This document shows positions 35,401 to 48,019 of a DNA stretch of 64,000 nucleotides, piece after piece; positions within the stretch are counted from its first letter, which is position 1; the number at the start of each line of letters is the position of its first letter. Source of the stretch: Tubulanus polymorphus (taxonomy: Eukaryota; Animalia; Nemertea); assembly GCF_964204645.1 (NCBI RefSeq), contig NC_134029.1:21012950-21076949 (forward strand), given 5' to 3'. A program made the position numbers and the translations under genes. The notes beneath the pieces are model-generated. The model was not told the origin of the DNA. It worked only from the letters and a program-made list of their open reading frames with translations, and did no database searches.

Positions 35401-38400
35401 ACTAAGTTCTATACTCGATCTAACAACTTAAGACCAGTCTTAAGATTTAATACCACTTTTGGACTTAAGTCACGACTGTGCAACTGGGCCCAGGCTCTAA
35501 AACCCATTACTTATAATCTGATGAAAAAGCCGAGGTATTTTTTTTTCTCGTGAATTTCTTAAGAAATATTCTAAAGATAGATACGTTATTGCAGCGCGTC
35601 AAGATGAAATGGAAGCTAAACGACAGAAGTTGGATTACGAGGAAATAACGCCGTGTTTGATCGAAGTCACGAAGGTATGGGATTCGTTGATCGCTACTCC
35701 GAACCGTGCCGACATCAAATTCGATTGCGTCAAATTAGTCGATGCCGTCAAAGCAGGTAAGCGCGATTGTGGCCTTTCGTAATTGTTGGGTTAATTAAGA
35801 AATTCTTTTTTTTTTAAGAACTGCGAACATTTCGTACATTGCGATGAAAAGTGGGTAATTTCGGTCTTGAACTTTACGTGGCAGGTGTCTGGTAATAATT
35901 AGATCCAGACACGATTAATTTCTGCTAGATTGATTTTCTCTTTCAACAAAATCCTGTTACATAAAAAGTATAGTAGATAAAAAGTAGACAATCATCTTTT
36001 TGTCTAAACGTCATTTTGTCCGGTATGTCTTACTTAGGTGATAAAATTTTTCTCTCTTCGTAAATATTGAGTGTTCGAGACATTATTTACTATCGTGGAG
36101 TTTACACATTTTGCTTATTCTTCTCCAAGTACGAACATTCAAGCATCGCATACAAAGTATGAGATAATTTTGCAGGATGAAGGACTTGTCACATCTTCAT
36201 AAATAGTTAAGACTATTTCCAGTCTTGAATATCACAGAGAAAACCCACAATATCGATTTAAACAAAATTTAGAATTAAGCTATTGTTTTTTCCTTACGTT
36301 TCTCGGGTGAAATCCTTCCACCGATCTTCAGAGTTTATTTGATTTTGGGGTTGTTTAGGATTTTGATATTGTGGGTTTTCTCTCAATGACTTGTCACATC
36401 CTATAAGGGCACTTCGATGTCTAAAAAGGGCAATATCAAGCTATCGCGATGAATGCGCCAATTATCTATCTTTGTTGAGAAAATGAAAAAAGAGCACTCA
36501 AAAAATTTGATGGGTTGTATGAGTCCTCCTGGATCTACTCTGAAAGCTTGTTTGATTCAAATATGTAATAAGTTCATGACTCTATTTTGAAGGAGTGCCT
36601 CGAAGTCGACGTGGAGATATTTGGCAGGTGTTAAGAGAACAACACGAAATTCATAATCCGGCGCTGAAATCGGCTGCTCCGAAAACGGATTGCATTTCGT
36701 ATGAAGATTTATTGAAACAACTCACGACTCATCAACACGCAATACTCATCGATTTAGGTAACATTTTCGACTGAATTTCGATTTATTGCAGAAAAGAATT
36801 TTCGAGGTAATTTTTCGTTATGTTATTCTCTTTGTAGGTCGTACATTTCCGACTCACCCGTATTTTTCGACTCAGCTCGGTGCTGGACAGTTGGCCATGT
36901 TTAACGTACTGAAGGCTTATTCACTGCTCGATAAGGAAGTCGGATATTGTCAGGGTTTGAGCTTCGTCGCGGGAGTTCTTCTCATGCATGTAAGTTAGAT
37001 TCTTTAGTTTCATCGATTTGATAGCAAGATCGTCGCGCACGGTTCCATCTGATTATTGCTATCTATGCATTTATGCATTTCTTCAATAGCTTAATACAAA
37101 GAAATAAGAATTCAACTTCTATAACGCCCTTTTCATTGTGATACAATGTTGAATAGTGTTTTTATTACTTGGTATTATTATCCCAAGCCAGTTATTATAT
37201 CCATAACCATGTATCAGTCATCTCTTCCTGGGGAGAAGTAACATCCAAGCTCTACTATTTAAAGCGCTATCTATCATCTATTGGGCCAGGTACCCATTTA
37301 TTCCTGGGTGGAGAGTGGCGATGAGGATGAGTGTCTTGCCAGGAGACACTACTGTAATGAACACGGTTCGAACCCACAACCTGGCTTCCCAGAGTCGAAC
37401 CACTCAACCCCCCACACCACTCAACTAACAATATCTCATTTATTACAGATGCCCGAAGAGCCGGCGTATGAAACGATGAAGTATATGATGTACAATCTCG
37501 GATTGAGGAGACAATATAAACCAGATATGACGGCGTTACAAATCCAGTTATATCAGTTATCGCGTTTATTACACGACATGCATCGTGAAATCTACGAACA
37601 TCTCGAAGCGAACGAGGTCGCGCCGACTTTATACGCGGCTCCGTGGTTTCTGACTGTGTTCGCGTCGCAGTTTCCTCTCGGATTCGTGTCGAGAGTTTAC
37701 GGTTAGTGTAAATTATGATTTTTCTTTTTTTTCAAATTTAACTCGTAACATGTAGTTTAAAACCTTTGAATCCCATTCCTAGCTTGATCATAGTACACAG
37801 TGGCACCACTGACCTGGTAAACTTGAAAAATCAGGAAAAATTTGACAAATTTGACCAAAAACCTGGAAAACTCGAATTTGGATGATGATTTTGACCATGC
37901 GTTTCTTTATCAGTACCTGATTTACTGAAAAATGAATGAATTTTTACATTTTAAACCTAGAAATTTCTCTGATTCACTCAAGGGAATTTTGTGTAATCAT
38001 ATGGAAAAATCCGGGAATATTTTAGGGATTTTTAAATGGGCAAAACATGGCCACCCTGTAGTACATGATATATGTTGTAAGTATCTGTGACTTGTTTTTT
38101 CAGATTTGATACTGTTGCAAGGTTGGGAAGTTGTATTCAAGGTCGCTGTCGTGTTATTAGGCGAACATAAAGAACTGATTTTACAATGTGATAGTTTTGA
38201 AACAGTCGTAGAATTTCTGAAAACGACGCTGCCAGCTCTGGGTATTGTGCAAGTCGAACGTGTTATCAATCAGGTATTTAGCGACACTCGACAAAATTTT
38301 GTATTTGAATAAGCTTCAATATTTGCATCTTATTAATCATCCTATTGTGCTTTGATGCGGACAAAACTTCATTGCAGACTTGAAAGTTTAGTAGATTAAT

Positions 38401-39450
38401 CGAAAATATGAAATATGAAATTTCATTTAGTTATGTATGAAAATATGTATGAAATATTTGAATAGCTTGAACTCTTGCAGTGCATGTACACCGCAGTGCA
38501 GCGTATAAATCAGTAATGAACTGTGTATCGATGTGAATAGTACTTAGTTGATATCTCTATTGAAAGTTGGCAGCATTTTGCCAAACGTAGTAAAATATTA
38601 GTGAAATATTACAATACACCGCAGTGCGGTGTAGACACACTTTAGCAGTATGTCCATAATGCAATACACTGGGATTGGATTTTTTCAAAATTTTAAAATT
38701 AATCTCTGGCTATTAAAAAGGCTAACACTTGTGTGAAAGTATTAAGGTATGCATTTGTAATCTTCATGCTCACACTTATTTGTTATTCAGGTGTTCACGA
38801 TGGATATATCTAAGGAATTACAAGCGTATGAAGTTGAATACCACGTTCTACAAGAAGAAATGATATCATCGCCTCAAAGAGGCGACACCGACATCATTCA
38901 GAAATTAGAAACTGCTAATCGTAATTTAAAACATCAAAATATGGAGTTATTAGAACAATTACAACACGCTCGTGTACAACAACGCTCCCTGGAGGAAGGC
39001 TACACTAGTATCCGTGGTAACGAAGGGAAACTAAAGTCGCACGTGCGAGCGTTAGAACTAGAACGATCGGCGTTGTTAAACGCCGTATCGAAATTACGAG
39101 AACTAGTCCCCGAATCGGAGTTGCAAGCCGCCGGAATTCAAATTCCCGACGTTGCGACGATTTTACCGTCGAACGAGTCAAATTCGCACGAAAATCGATC
39201 TCATCGCTCGAACAGCGCGAGCGTCGTCGAAGTAGGAAACGTCGGAGCGGCCGGCGCGCGCAAGGCGTCTGCGGATTCGATTATTCACGCGGCGAAACCG
39301 AAAGCGACGAACGATTTGCCGAGAAAATTTTCAGCCGATTCCGTTCAAATGACGGCGAATCAGAAAACTAGCCAGCTGGCGTCGGGAGAAACGCCCCCGG
39401 TATCGCCGCGTAGACGTAATACTATACTTACACTTATCGATCATCAGTGA
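14197..39450 (+). CDS. TBC1D1: TBC1D1/TBC1D4 (AS160)-like protein: two PTB domains + Rab-GAP TBC domain + coiled coil. Exons 14197-14838, 16703-17419, 17840-17935, 19121-19250, 20652-20743, 24549-24680, 25644-25751, 26260-26367, 27515-27768, 28194-28366, 28865-29008, 35595-35756, 36593-36757, 36838-36989, 37449-37701, 38104-38273, 38791-39450
   Basis: Motifs [117 protein letters not shown] boundaries with consistent phases. Confidence 0.93.
17499..17644. mobile_element. Tc1/pogo-type MITE
   Basis: Terminal inverted repeats AGTCAACCCC...GGGGTTGACTG followed by TA. A related type lies at ~27292-27455. Confidence 0.55.
24189..24450. mobile_element. Foldback (~260-bp inverted repeat), probably a Penelope-like element pseudo-LTR pair with hammerhead cores
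   Basis: Arms CGTTAAGAC...AGTACTTCGAAGGTTAAC and GTTAACCTTCAAAGTACT...GTCTTAACG. Each arm has a C(T/C)GATGAAGCTA...GCGAAA core followed by AATAAA. Confidence 0.7.
25039..25370. mobile_element. MITE with CATGGTTTGTAGC termini and 5-bp TSD TCATC; relatives at ~26422-26781, ~42812-42890 and ~17650-17790
   Basis: TIR CATGGTTTGTAGC...GCTACAAACCGTG. TCATC at 25034-25038 and 25371-25375. Confidence 0.75.
28011..28139. mobile_element. MITE with CAGGGT termini and 5-bp TSD TATAA; relatives near 19250-19370, 37797-38059, 52730 and 56950
   Basis: TATAA|CAGGGTGG...ACCCTG|TATAA, with shared internal AATCAGGGAA motifs. Confidence 0.7.
29896..30058. mobile_element. piggyBac-like MITE; other copies at ~31773-32060, ~38470-38720 and ~61480-61629
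   Basis: TTAA|CCCTTTCAGT...TGAAAGGG|TTAA. Shared internal palindrome ACACCGCACTGCGGTGT. Confidence 0.75.
30943..30988 (+). CDS. Candidate alternative first coding exon A of TBC1D1 ([15 protein letters not shown])
   Basis: ATG, 15 codons + 1 nt, donor GTAAGC. Phase 1 fits the acceptor at 35595. Confidence 0.45.
32653..32875 (+). CDS. Candidate alternative first coding exon B of TBC1D1 ([10 protein letters not shown]...DQQNC)
   Basis: ATG in good context, 74 codons + 1 nt, strong donor G|GTAAGT, phase 1. Confidence 0.6.
34580..34664 (+). CDS. Candidate alternative first coding exon C of TBC1D1 ([28 protein letters not shown])
   Basis: ATG, 28 codons + 1 nt, strong donor AG|GTGAGT, phase 1; CpG-richer leader upstream. 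Confidence 0.6.
35352..35490. mobile_element. PIF/Harbinger-like palindromic MITE; relatives at ~28430-28570, ~41460-41550, ~47055-47150, ~47735-47830 and 50619-50748
   Basis: TIR GGGCCAGTTGC...GCAACTGG(G)CCC. The copy at 50619-50748 has a CAG 3-bp TSD. Confidence 0.7.
36196..36387 (-). mobile_element. Short insertion with a degenerate hammerhead core, probably Penelope-derived
   Basis: 13-bp direct repeat GACTTGTCACATC at 36183-36195 and 36388-36400. Internal IR GAGAAAACCCACAATATC/GATATTGTGGGTTTTCTC. Minus strand reads CTGAAGATCGGTG...CACCCGAGAAACGTA. Confidence 0.55.
37110..37425 (-). mobile_element. Degenerate tRNA-derived SINE
   Basis: Minus-strand B box GGGTTCGAACC (37365-37375), A-box-like GTGGTGTGG upstream, and SINE-body-like CAGGTACCCATTTATTCCTGGGTGGAGAG. 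Boundaries approximate. Confidence 0.55.
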
Positions 39451-39936
39451 AATTGAGCGCGCTCTCGTATCATCGGTAGATCTCATCATCATCATCATAA
39501 ACAATATTAGCGCTTTAAACTGTGATTGGTTGAAAAAGGTGCGACGAAAAAAGAAAAAAAATCGAATTCTGTGATGACCGGCGACAGGATGCAGTAAACT
39601 CAGCGGGAAATACCCGCGAATTTTTCTTTTACGACTAAAGATTCTGACTTTGAATTAAGAATTATCATTACCGATATGCGTAAAAAATTGAATGATAATC
39701 AGAGTTGAAAACAAAATCGAGTTCTACTGTAATCATCTCCCATATGTGATTTTCATTTTCATTCCTTAAGTACGATAGTTTTGTGGCTTCGTGATCGTCT
39801 ATAGAAATATTACCATTGACAATTGTATTTTCGTAGTGTGTGTATAACAATGGTACGTAAATGTTTTAGGGTAGAAATTATTTTGAGATGTTTTAGGGTT
39901 GCTTAGTACCGATATATGTATACAAACATACACTGG

Positions 39937-39940
<4 letters not shown>

Positions 39941-39992
<52 letters not shown>
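39941..39992. repeat. (TA)n microsatellite in the TBC1D1 3' UTR region; others at ~29439-29467 and ~63617-63639
   Basis: Perfect TA run. Confidence 0.95.
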
Positions 39993-39997
<5 letters not shown>

Positions 39998-42900
39998 TTG
40001 TAAATGTTTTTTGTACATATTTGAAATGTAGGGGTTTTTGTAAAGTACATATACGCATGTAGCTTCCATCCATCACTGTAATGATTTCCTAATGGTCTCG
40101 CAAAAAATTGTCGATAGATCTTAACACGAGAGTGTGCCAAATTATTTCTTTGATTATTTTAAGAAAACTGTCACCATTTTAAGATATTTCAGCGAAGAGT
40201 CGGTTATTTCTTATTCGGGGGAGTGATTTTCAGAGTTTCGCTATTTTTTATAGGACTTTAGAAAGCAAAACTGTAAAACTTTTCGAAGGATGGCTTCTAC
40301 GAAAGATAAGTATTCTGACCATGTCCCTGAATAATTCAATCAATAGCATTTAGAAGGATAGGCAATTTAGGCAATAAAAAGTTATCTTGTACTTCCTTAA
40401 CTGTGGAATATTTATAATTGTTTGCTCACCAAAAAAAGGCTTCCATAATGATGCAAACATATATTCTTATAGGTGTTATGTGTTTTAAACGCTTAGAACA
40501 TTGCTCAAGTTGTTGTTGAGTTTAAGGTTAGAACAAGTATTCATTGTGCGCTTTTATTCGGAATTGGTTCATCATTATCATTGTTGCCATTGAGTTTAAT
40601 TCACAATACGCGGTAATCATTGTGATTTGACTAAGTTGAGCATAATATTTTTTGAAAAATCATCGTGTAATCGAATATTGCTTCTCGAAAAAAACCAAAT
40701 ACGATTTTTAGAAATAATTGTGATTGATTGTATATGTATTACGCGTATAGTCTTTCTAACATATTTGTTGGTTGACTTAAGTATAGGTCTGAGTGCCTGT
40801 TAGTCCAGTGGTTGCAATGCTCTTGTTACCTAAAGGATTTTAGACACTGTCCATGATAACCGGTTACATTACTTGTAAGAATATGCAGGAAGTGACTCTG
40901 AAAAAATGTATTTGTGCCATTTCATCGTGTACTTTGTCCATAAAACCTGAGTGATAGTTCTATGAAGCATTTTGTGATTGTCTTCTAATTGTTTTTCTAA
41001 AATATCTTGCAACTACTAAGTACATTCGTACCTCCTGTTGTTGTACGTGTAGTTATAAGTATATACTAGCTCAGATTATGCACAAATTCATTAGAAATTT
41101 TTGAGAGTGAATTGAGTGTTGGAGAATGTACATTTAGGATGTATCAGAATTAGTTCAAATGTAATATTATTGTAAATATTTCTGAAAGTTGTATATAAAA
41201 CGATCATTTGTAAATAGATAAACTCTTGTAATGTATATAGTACCAGGTATTAAACAAGAAACGATTATTGTGCTAACATTTATTTGAGGCTCATCCATTA
41301 CCGAGTCTTCAATTCAGAAACCGTATACCAGTGTAGTAGTTCAAGTGTGTGAAAATCGAAAAAGAGCGTGATTTAAGGAATGTTCATGGCATTTTATTAT
41401 TGATTTGATTGTTTTAGTTTTCTCTCCATTTTAAAGAGTTATTTAGAGAAATAATGCAATATCTAGTTTCACGTCGAGTTTGACCCTAAGAGCTAAAGTT
41501 AGTTTACTCTGGGGTCAAATTTTAACTTCGAGCTGTGTAACTGGGCCGAGAGAACCAAAGATGTTTCCTGATCGGAATCGATGCCTTTAGAATCTGTATC
41601 TCTGATTGTTGATTGTTTTCCCGTCTGCAGATCATGTTATTGATTTTATCACAGTTTTTTTCATTAGACCAGTTCAGAGCTTCGTTGAAGTTCCCGAAAA
41701 CTTGCAGCTTTAAATTGTTGTTTAAAGAAACTACGTTGCGTTAAGGATGATCCTAGGCTTAGTTCGACAAAATGTGGTTAGAATATACAATTTCTAAACC
41801 GGTTTTCGTTAAACCCGAGGGTCGTGGATTGTTACTTCGTTTCAGACACTAAATACCTCACGAAAAATGTTCATGTAATATCTTTCATATATGCTGATAA
41901 GTACCTGTCTACGTGAATGGGTACGACTTGATTGTTGAGCGCAAATTATGATATATGTATCTTAAAACTGATGGTAAAATATAAAATGCTACATTAATTA
42001 TGTTCGCTTTTCTTTTGTTTATTTTTGTTTTCTTATGAAGTAAGGATGCCGGATATGCATAGGCCCTTTAATACAGTGTTCTTCGCGTGCTGGAATTTCA
42101 AAGTGGCTGCATTCATCGTTAAGTGTGTGACATCGTGGCTGCTGGTAGCAAGGCTTTCGATCCCCGTGTAATCTTCTATTTCTGGTAGAAGGCGCAGCTG
42201 ATTTTCAGAGAGCTGGATGTAAAATGAAAGGGGTATCCGCCCATCTAAAACCTGTTGTCGAGAATGCTGCCCCATTAACCTTCAAGATGGTTACCTCAAA
42301 AAAGCTCCATTCCACATAGGTTCTTTTTTTTTTATCGTTTTAAGAGACTATGGCCAGAAACTGGTTTTTGGCCACTCAACAAAGGTTTACTACTGCAAAC
42401 AAAATGTCATCGGTAAACGAATGAAGTGGTAGACTAATATTTCAGATAGTTTATGAAACAACATTTTTGGGTTTTATACAATCGTGATATTGACCTGAAT
42501 AATTCAATTGTCAATGAAGTAGGTTTTTTACAAACACTGATATATACATGGTATTTCCATAAGATCTCTTTCAATACGGAAAATACCTATTAACCTCGTT
42601 AGGAATCTATCTGATTATTTTTGGACATTTTTGTTCACTTCTATTTAACGCAGGTCGATGAAAAACACGGAAAATATATAGACTATGTTAACAAGGTTTG
42701 TTGTTTCTTTTTTCTATGTCGCATTGCAATTTACAACAACAAATTATGTTTTAAAAACTTCACGTAAAGAGCTTTTGGTTTTTTCGCTAATTTGCTTATG
42801 ATAGTCAGTCGCATGGTTTGCAAGTATACTAAAGTGCCACACCAAAGTGTTAAAAAGTGCTCACAACTGCTAGCCTTTACTACAAACCCTGATTCGGACG

Positions 42901-44465
42901 TTTACATCGTCAATCCCTCCCAGTCATCAAGCAGTTTTTGGCTTCCGCGTCTTAGAATAGGGATTGACCCTGCTATTTATTTGATCGGTAGATTTTGTAT
43001 GATCTTTATAATTTGGTGTCCCTTACAAACCCACCACACCTGCCGGGAGCGAAACAGGGGGTTTGATTTTGAAATCGGAAATCGAAGTACGGTTTTAACC
43101 GACGGAAGCTGCACTGTGACTGAAAAAAAACAAACCGCTTCTGACGTTCGCGTCATAGTCGATCTAAACACTTATTTTGCGACAGTTACAACCATCACCG
43201 CGCATCGCCAAGTCGACCCTTGAAGTATTTGTATAGAGGAGTATCAGCATTGATTAATAAGCACTTTTAGCTTGTGAAAAATCGTCAAATAACCAATGCA
43301 TTATAAGAACCATGCAACAAAGTATTCTTTATTCTGTATATAAAGAAAAACGAATAATTATTCACAGTCAGCACTAATCCTGACGACTGCTTATACGTAT
43401 ATGCTATAATTATGACATATTACGCTCCATTACAGTCCATTATTTTTATGTTACGGGAAGACTATGATATTTGTCCGCGAAATGATTATATTTTCACTGG
43501 ATTGTATTTTTAATTTCATGTCCGTTCCGTCGTCCCAATAAGAGCCTATCGAATATACATACACCGAATATTTTGCGAATGTGATAGGGTGTAAAAAAAA
43601 AATCGACTTAGCGATAGGCGTATTTGTATGAGGTAGATTTTGCCGGCGAAATTTCATAAATTTCATGCAGAAATAATTCACCTGCTGTCAGTGCGCTGAA
43701 AGCGTCGGTACTGTTATTCTCGTTGTCGTAATTCAAGCGTGTTTCAATTATTGCTTGTTTAATCGGTGTTGTAGATAAATAAATCTCATTCGTCTGTTTA
43801 ACCTCGACCAGTACTGGTTTTACGTTAGCGCTATGCTGAACGTACTAGCACGCGGGGCCTAATACCTACTGGGCCCCTATGTCTCTAAGCAAGCATTTCG
43901 TATATACATAAGATTGTGCTCGACCACTTTGAAGACATCGTAGAAGATTTACCGGAATTTTAACTCTTCAAGTTTGAAGTAAGCGATATTTAAAGTGTCG
44001 TGTATTTATCTAATCAAATATACTTGTTTAAATGTCAAATCATTGTGACCAGTCACCACATTGAATGTACACCAAATGTATATCAAGAGAAAATTAGATG
44101 ACTTTTTAAAAACTGGCCTAACTGTTATTTTGTTATTATTTGAAGTTCAGCGTATTCTGAACGTTACAAATTAAATAGATTTATCAAATTGAAATGAGGT
44201 TAAAACCTTTATTTGCAGTCAAGGCACCCCATGAATATATCAATTATTTTGTTAATCCAAAAACTATTCGTAGTACAACCTGCCACTTCCATTGAATATC
44301 TGAACATTAAATGATTTTTGGAAATATTAGGAAACGAATTATTCAAGTTTGAATTCAAAACTCAAAACAAAAAGTCGTTTGTACTTTCTATGGTATAATT
44401 TAGATGTTCGTTTCTCGAAATATAGAACGCCACAGATTTTCAGAAAGTATGATTTTGATTTCAGA

Positions 44466-47400
44466 ATGGCTGAAACTGACGTGTCTGGTAGAAGGAGAAG
44501 CAGTGGAATGCCTGTAGATATGGATTTATCTAGGAGACGCAGTAGCGCCACACACGCTGAAAATTCCGGCACCAAACCGAAGAAAACTTTCGAATTCCGC
44601 ATGTGTAAAAAAGTGGCCGAATTGACGCAAGTCGTTCATATGTTATTCGTCAGAAACCACGAGAAGGAAGTCGAATTGGACGCGCTTAAGGAAGCTTACG
44701 AAGAGGAAATCGACGCGGTAATAAATGACGCTAAATCCAGAATCGCAAAACTGGAAGGTAAGATCAACGAACTCGAACAGCAGTCGAGTTTAAACGACGG
44801 CCGATCGAAAACGCTGCTCGAATCGGAATTAGCGAAGAAAGACGCCGATTGGTTACAAAAAACTCAGAATTTAGAAAAAATCGTGGCCGAGGAGAAATCC
44901 GAAAATCAGAATATGAGAGATTTGTTGATAACGGCGCAAAAAGACATTGAACAGTTGAGAAGCGCGATAGAAAGCGAAAATCTATCGAAATGTTCCGAAA
45001 TGGAATCGCGCGATTCCGAGATCGATCGGCTCAAGAGAAACGCGCAAAATTTAAAAGATCGAATAAAAGATAGCGAGATTATGACGGAGAGGAAAATTCG
45101 CGAGTTGGAACTGTCGAATTCTCGTCTGCAAAACGACATGACTCAATTACAGGATCTATACGACGAAACCCGCCGCACCCGCGACCAATACTCACAGAAA
45201 ACGAAACAGTTAGAAAACGAACTGAAAACTGTCCGTAAAAACTTCGGCAGACGAATTAGCGAGGTGGTTACCAACCAGAACGGTGTTACATCCAAGAGAA
45301 AACAGAGCGAACCGTCCGTGCTCGTGAGTATATTCATAAATAATCCGTAAAAAGTAGAATGTACGTACATATTCAATACGCAATGCTGCTAGAGCCTCTG
45401 GCAACAGTTTTATATCTATACTGCATAATACGGTATGAATGTATTATTTGAAATGTTCGGACTTTTAGGTAACTCCGAATGCAAAAAATGGCGCCATAGT
45501 TCCAGGTTTTATGACCGTCGAGGTAATTCGTGTGACGCGTTTGTGGAGTTGTCGTTCATGAATTTGAGAGCTGCGATCATGTTTGTCATTGATCGCAAAC
45601 TAATCGTTCAATCACTCGTGTAAAAGTTTAAAAAAACAGTTACATTAAAATGAGGCGTGTGAGGTGGAACTGAGCGTAGTATCCCTTCTTGGGGGATTTT
45701 TTTTCCAATGGTTGGGGTCAAAGTCGAGTGTGTGTTAAGGCTTTTTAATGGTGAAGGTACTACTAAACTATGGCACAGTTTTTTAACGATCTATATAATC
45801 CAGGTGATTTGAATATTCCAGGCAAGTCTTGTTTCATTCCTGGACGAAAAACAGTCATGCGATGGTTCCGGGGTTTGTTATGATGAGTAGGAACTTTCTC
45901 AGCTTAAAGCGCTTATATCGGGTGGAATATAACTCTTTATTCGTAGTACCACTTTGCCCAGTGTTGCTAGCTCTGCACCTTTAGGAGATGATGGTCTCTC
46001 TCTTCTTTTGTCCAGAATATTCACCTTCCTGGGAAATCAGAGATTTTTCCATGTAATTTAGATGAATGAAAACAATTCATTTGTACTGCGCGTATGATTT
46101 TCCACCCGATATGAACTCGCTTATTTGCCACACACCGCTTAGAAGAGGACCAATGTATCGACACCCGCGAGCATGCTTTTCTATTGCAGCTCTTTGCCGC
46201 CAAAATAACGACTGCAAGAGTAGACTTTGAATAATTAGCACTTTTTCTATTTCTTCTACACATTTATATTGAAAGAAGAATGCGGATTGCTAGTACAGCG
46301 TATAGTTTTATGACGTATTGCTTAATTGTACAGTAGACTAACCAAGTCGGATCGGATAACCGTTTTTTCAATTCGGATGTTTTTTTACCCCAGTGAAGTT
46401 CATTACTTGTTCCTTATTCCTTAACATGTTACTTGTTCCTTATTGGGAGATGAATTCTCAATAAGTAACGGAATAAGGAATAAGGAACAAGTAATGAACT
46501 TCACTGGGGTTGTTTTTATTTTCTGGGGCACTATATATGAAATACATAACGACCAACTGGGATATAACTCAAGTCGGACGGTCCCAACAGATGCGACTTG
46601 AGTGAAGTCTACTGTAGCAGTGATGTTTTCCAAAGCAAACGATTCAATTAGTCGCACGGGTTAATCGATATTTCATTACATCGTAATCAATTTCTATCAA
46701 TGTAGGATTATAAACAAGAACTGGAACGTATGAGAAAAGAATTGCAGCGTTATCGACTGGAACTATCGAACCGCGAAGGAAATTTCAACCGGGTCTTCTC
46801 CGAACATAAACCTGTTCACGTTGATTCGAGAGCGGGTCGAATAGGTCTACAGCAGCAACAGTTCTTCCATACACAAAGCGCCCAAAATTTTAGGTATGTG
46901 ACTTTAAAAAGCGAATTGCGTGTAGTTTCTAGCAATTTGTGTGAGATAAATTGCTCAATTCGAATATAGTTATAATCATGTTACTACTTATGTTTGATTT
47001 GATTTCAAATTTCAACACCTAAGTTGATTTTCACTATGTACATTAAAACTACAGGATCCAGTTCCACAGTTGTGAGTTGAAATTTGATTTGGAATAAATA
47101 CATTGTAAATGGACTGATTTTAACTCACAACTGTGGAACCGGGTCTAGATTAAACCTCGCCCAACTCGTCAAACTGGCCTGGGATCGGCATAATCGAACA
47201 GAGATTTACGAAATCCGAGTTAACGACAGGAAAATACGTCATGAAGTCAGAAAACTGAATTCGTTTTTGTTCCGAGTCAAATGTCAGAGATTACTGCACG
47301 AGTCCTCTCTCCGCTCAGATCGATAGTCAAAAATCCTCAGTTTCCTCTTGCTCCTTGTTTTTCAGTCATTATACGAAGCCGCAGACGTTGCGACCAGAGA

Positions 47401-48019
47401 AAACCTTCTCATACGTCACTTCAGAAGCTTACGACGACGAACCATTTGTAAGTAGTTAACAGGAAAAAAACTGAAAACCCTCAATTTCACGTATAAAAAT
47501 ATTTATTCATTTGACTATCTTTTATCACAAAGTTTTGAAACGAAATGAGCTGTATACATCTGTCGACTTGGCCATCTTGGCGCAACTAAAAGTATAAAAG
47601 ATGCACTAGGTTAATAAAGTGATACCTTGTTTCTCCTAATCGGCCGCGTCTCTTTTGTAAACTGCAAACTGTACAGGGTAGTAGATAGGTGGTCGGCTGG
47701 GTCAATTTTTAAGCTCGACGAGAATAAGACACCCAAGACCCAGTTCCGCAGTTGTGAGTGAAGATTTGACATTGAAAATGAACTAATTTTACTCAGAGTT
47801 AACTCTAAGTCATGACTGTGGAACTGGATCCAAGGTATCAATTTTTTCAGCTATATGAATTATATCTATTTGCAGTTGATATCGAGAAGTGCATCTGCCT
47901 CATCTTCGGGTAGATTTCCCAATCTATCTGCCACAAGCGACAGCCCCCGAAGTCAGGTTCACAAACTGGTGAAACCACGAGCGCCCAGGAGAGAATTAAC
48001 CTCATCAGGAAAATTTTGA
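44466..48019 (+). CDS. FAM184-like coiled-coil protein. Exons 44466-45323, 46706-46893, 47366-47447, 47876-48019
   Basis: MCKKVAELTQVVHMLFVRNHEKEVELDALKEAYEEEI resembles the FAM184 N-terminal motif; long heptad coiled coil; consistent GT-AG phases; TGA at 48017-48019. Confidence 0.75.
46331..46614. mobile_element. pogo/Tigger-type MITE with a nested palindromic insert (46388-46509)
   Basis: TA|CAGTAGACT...AGTCTACTG|TA. Inner IR CCCCAGTGAAGTTCATTACTTGTTCCTTATTCC and its reverse complement. Confidence 0.7.
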
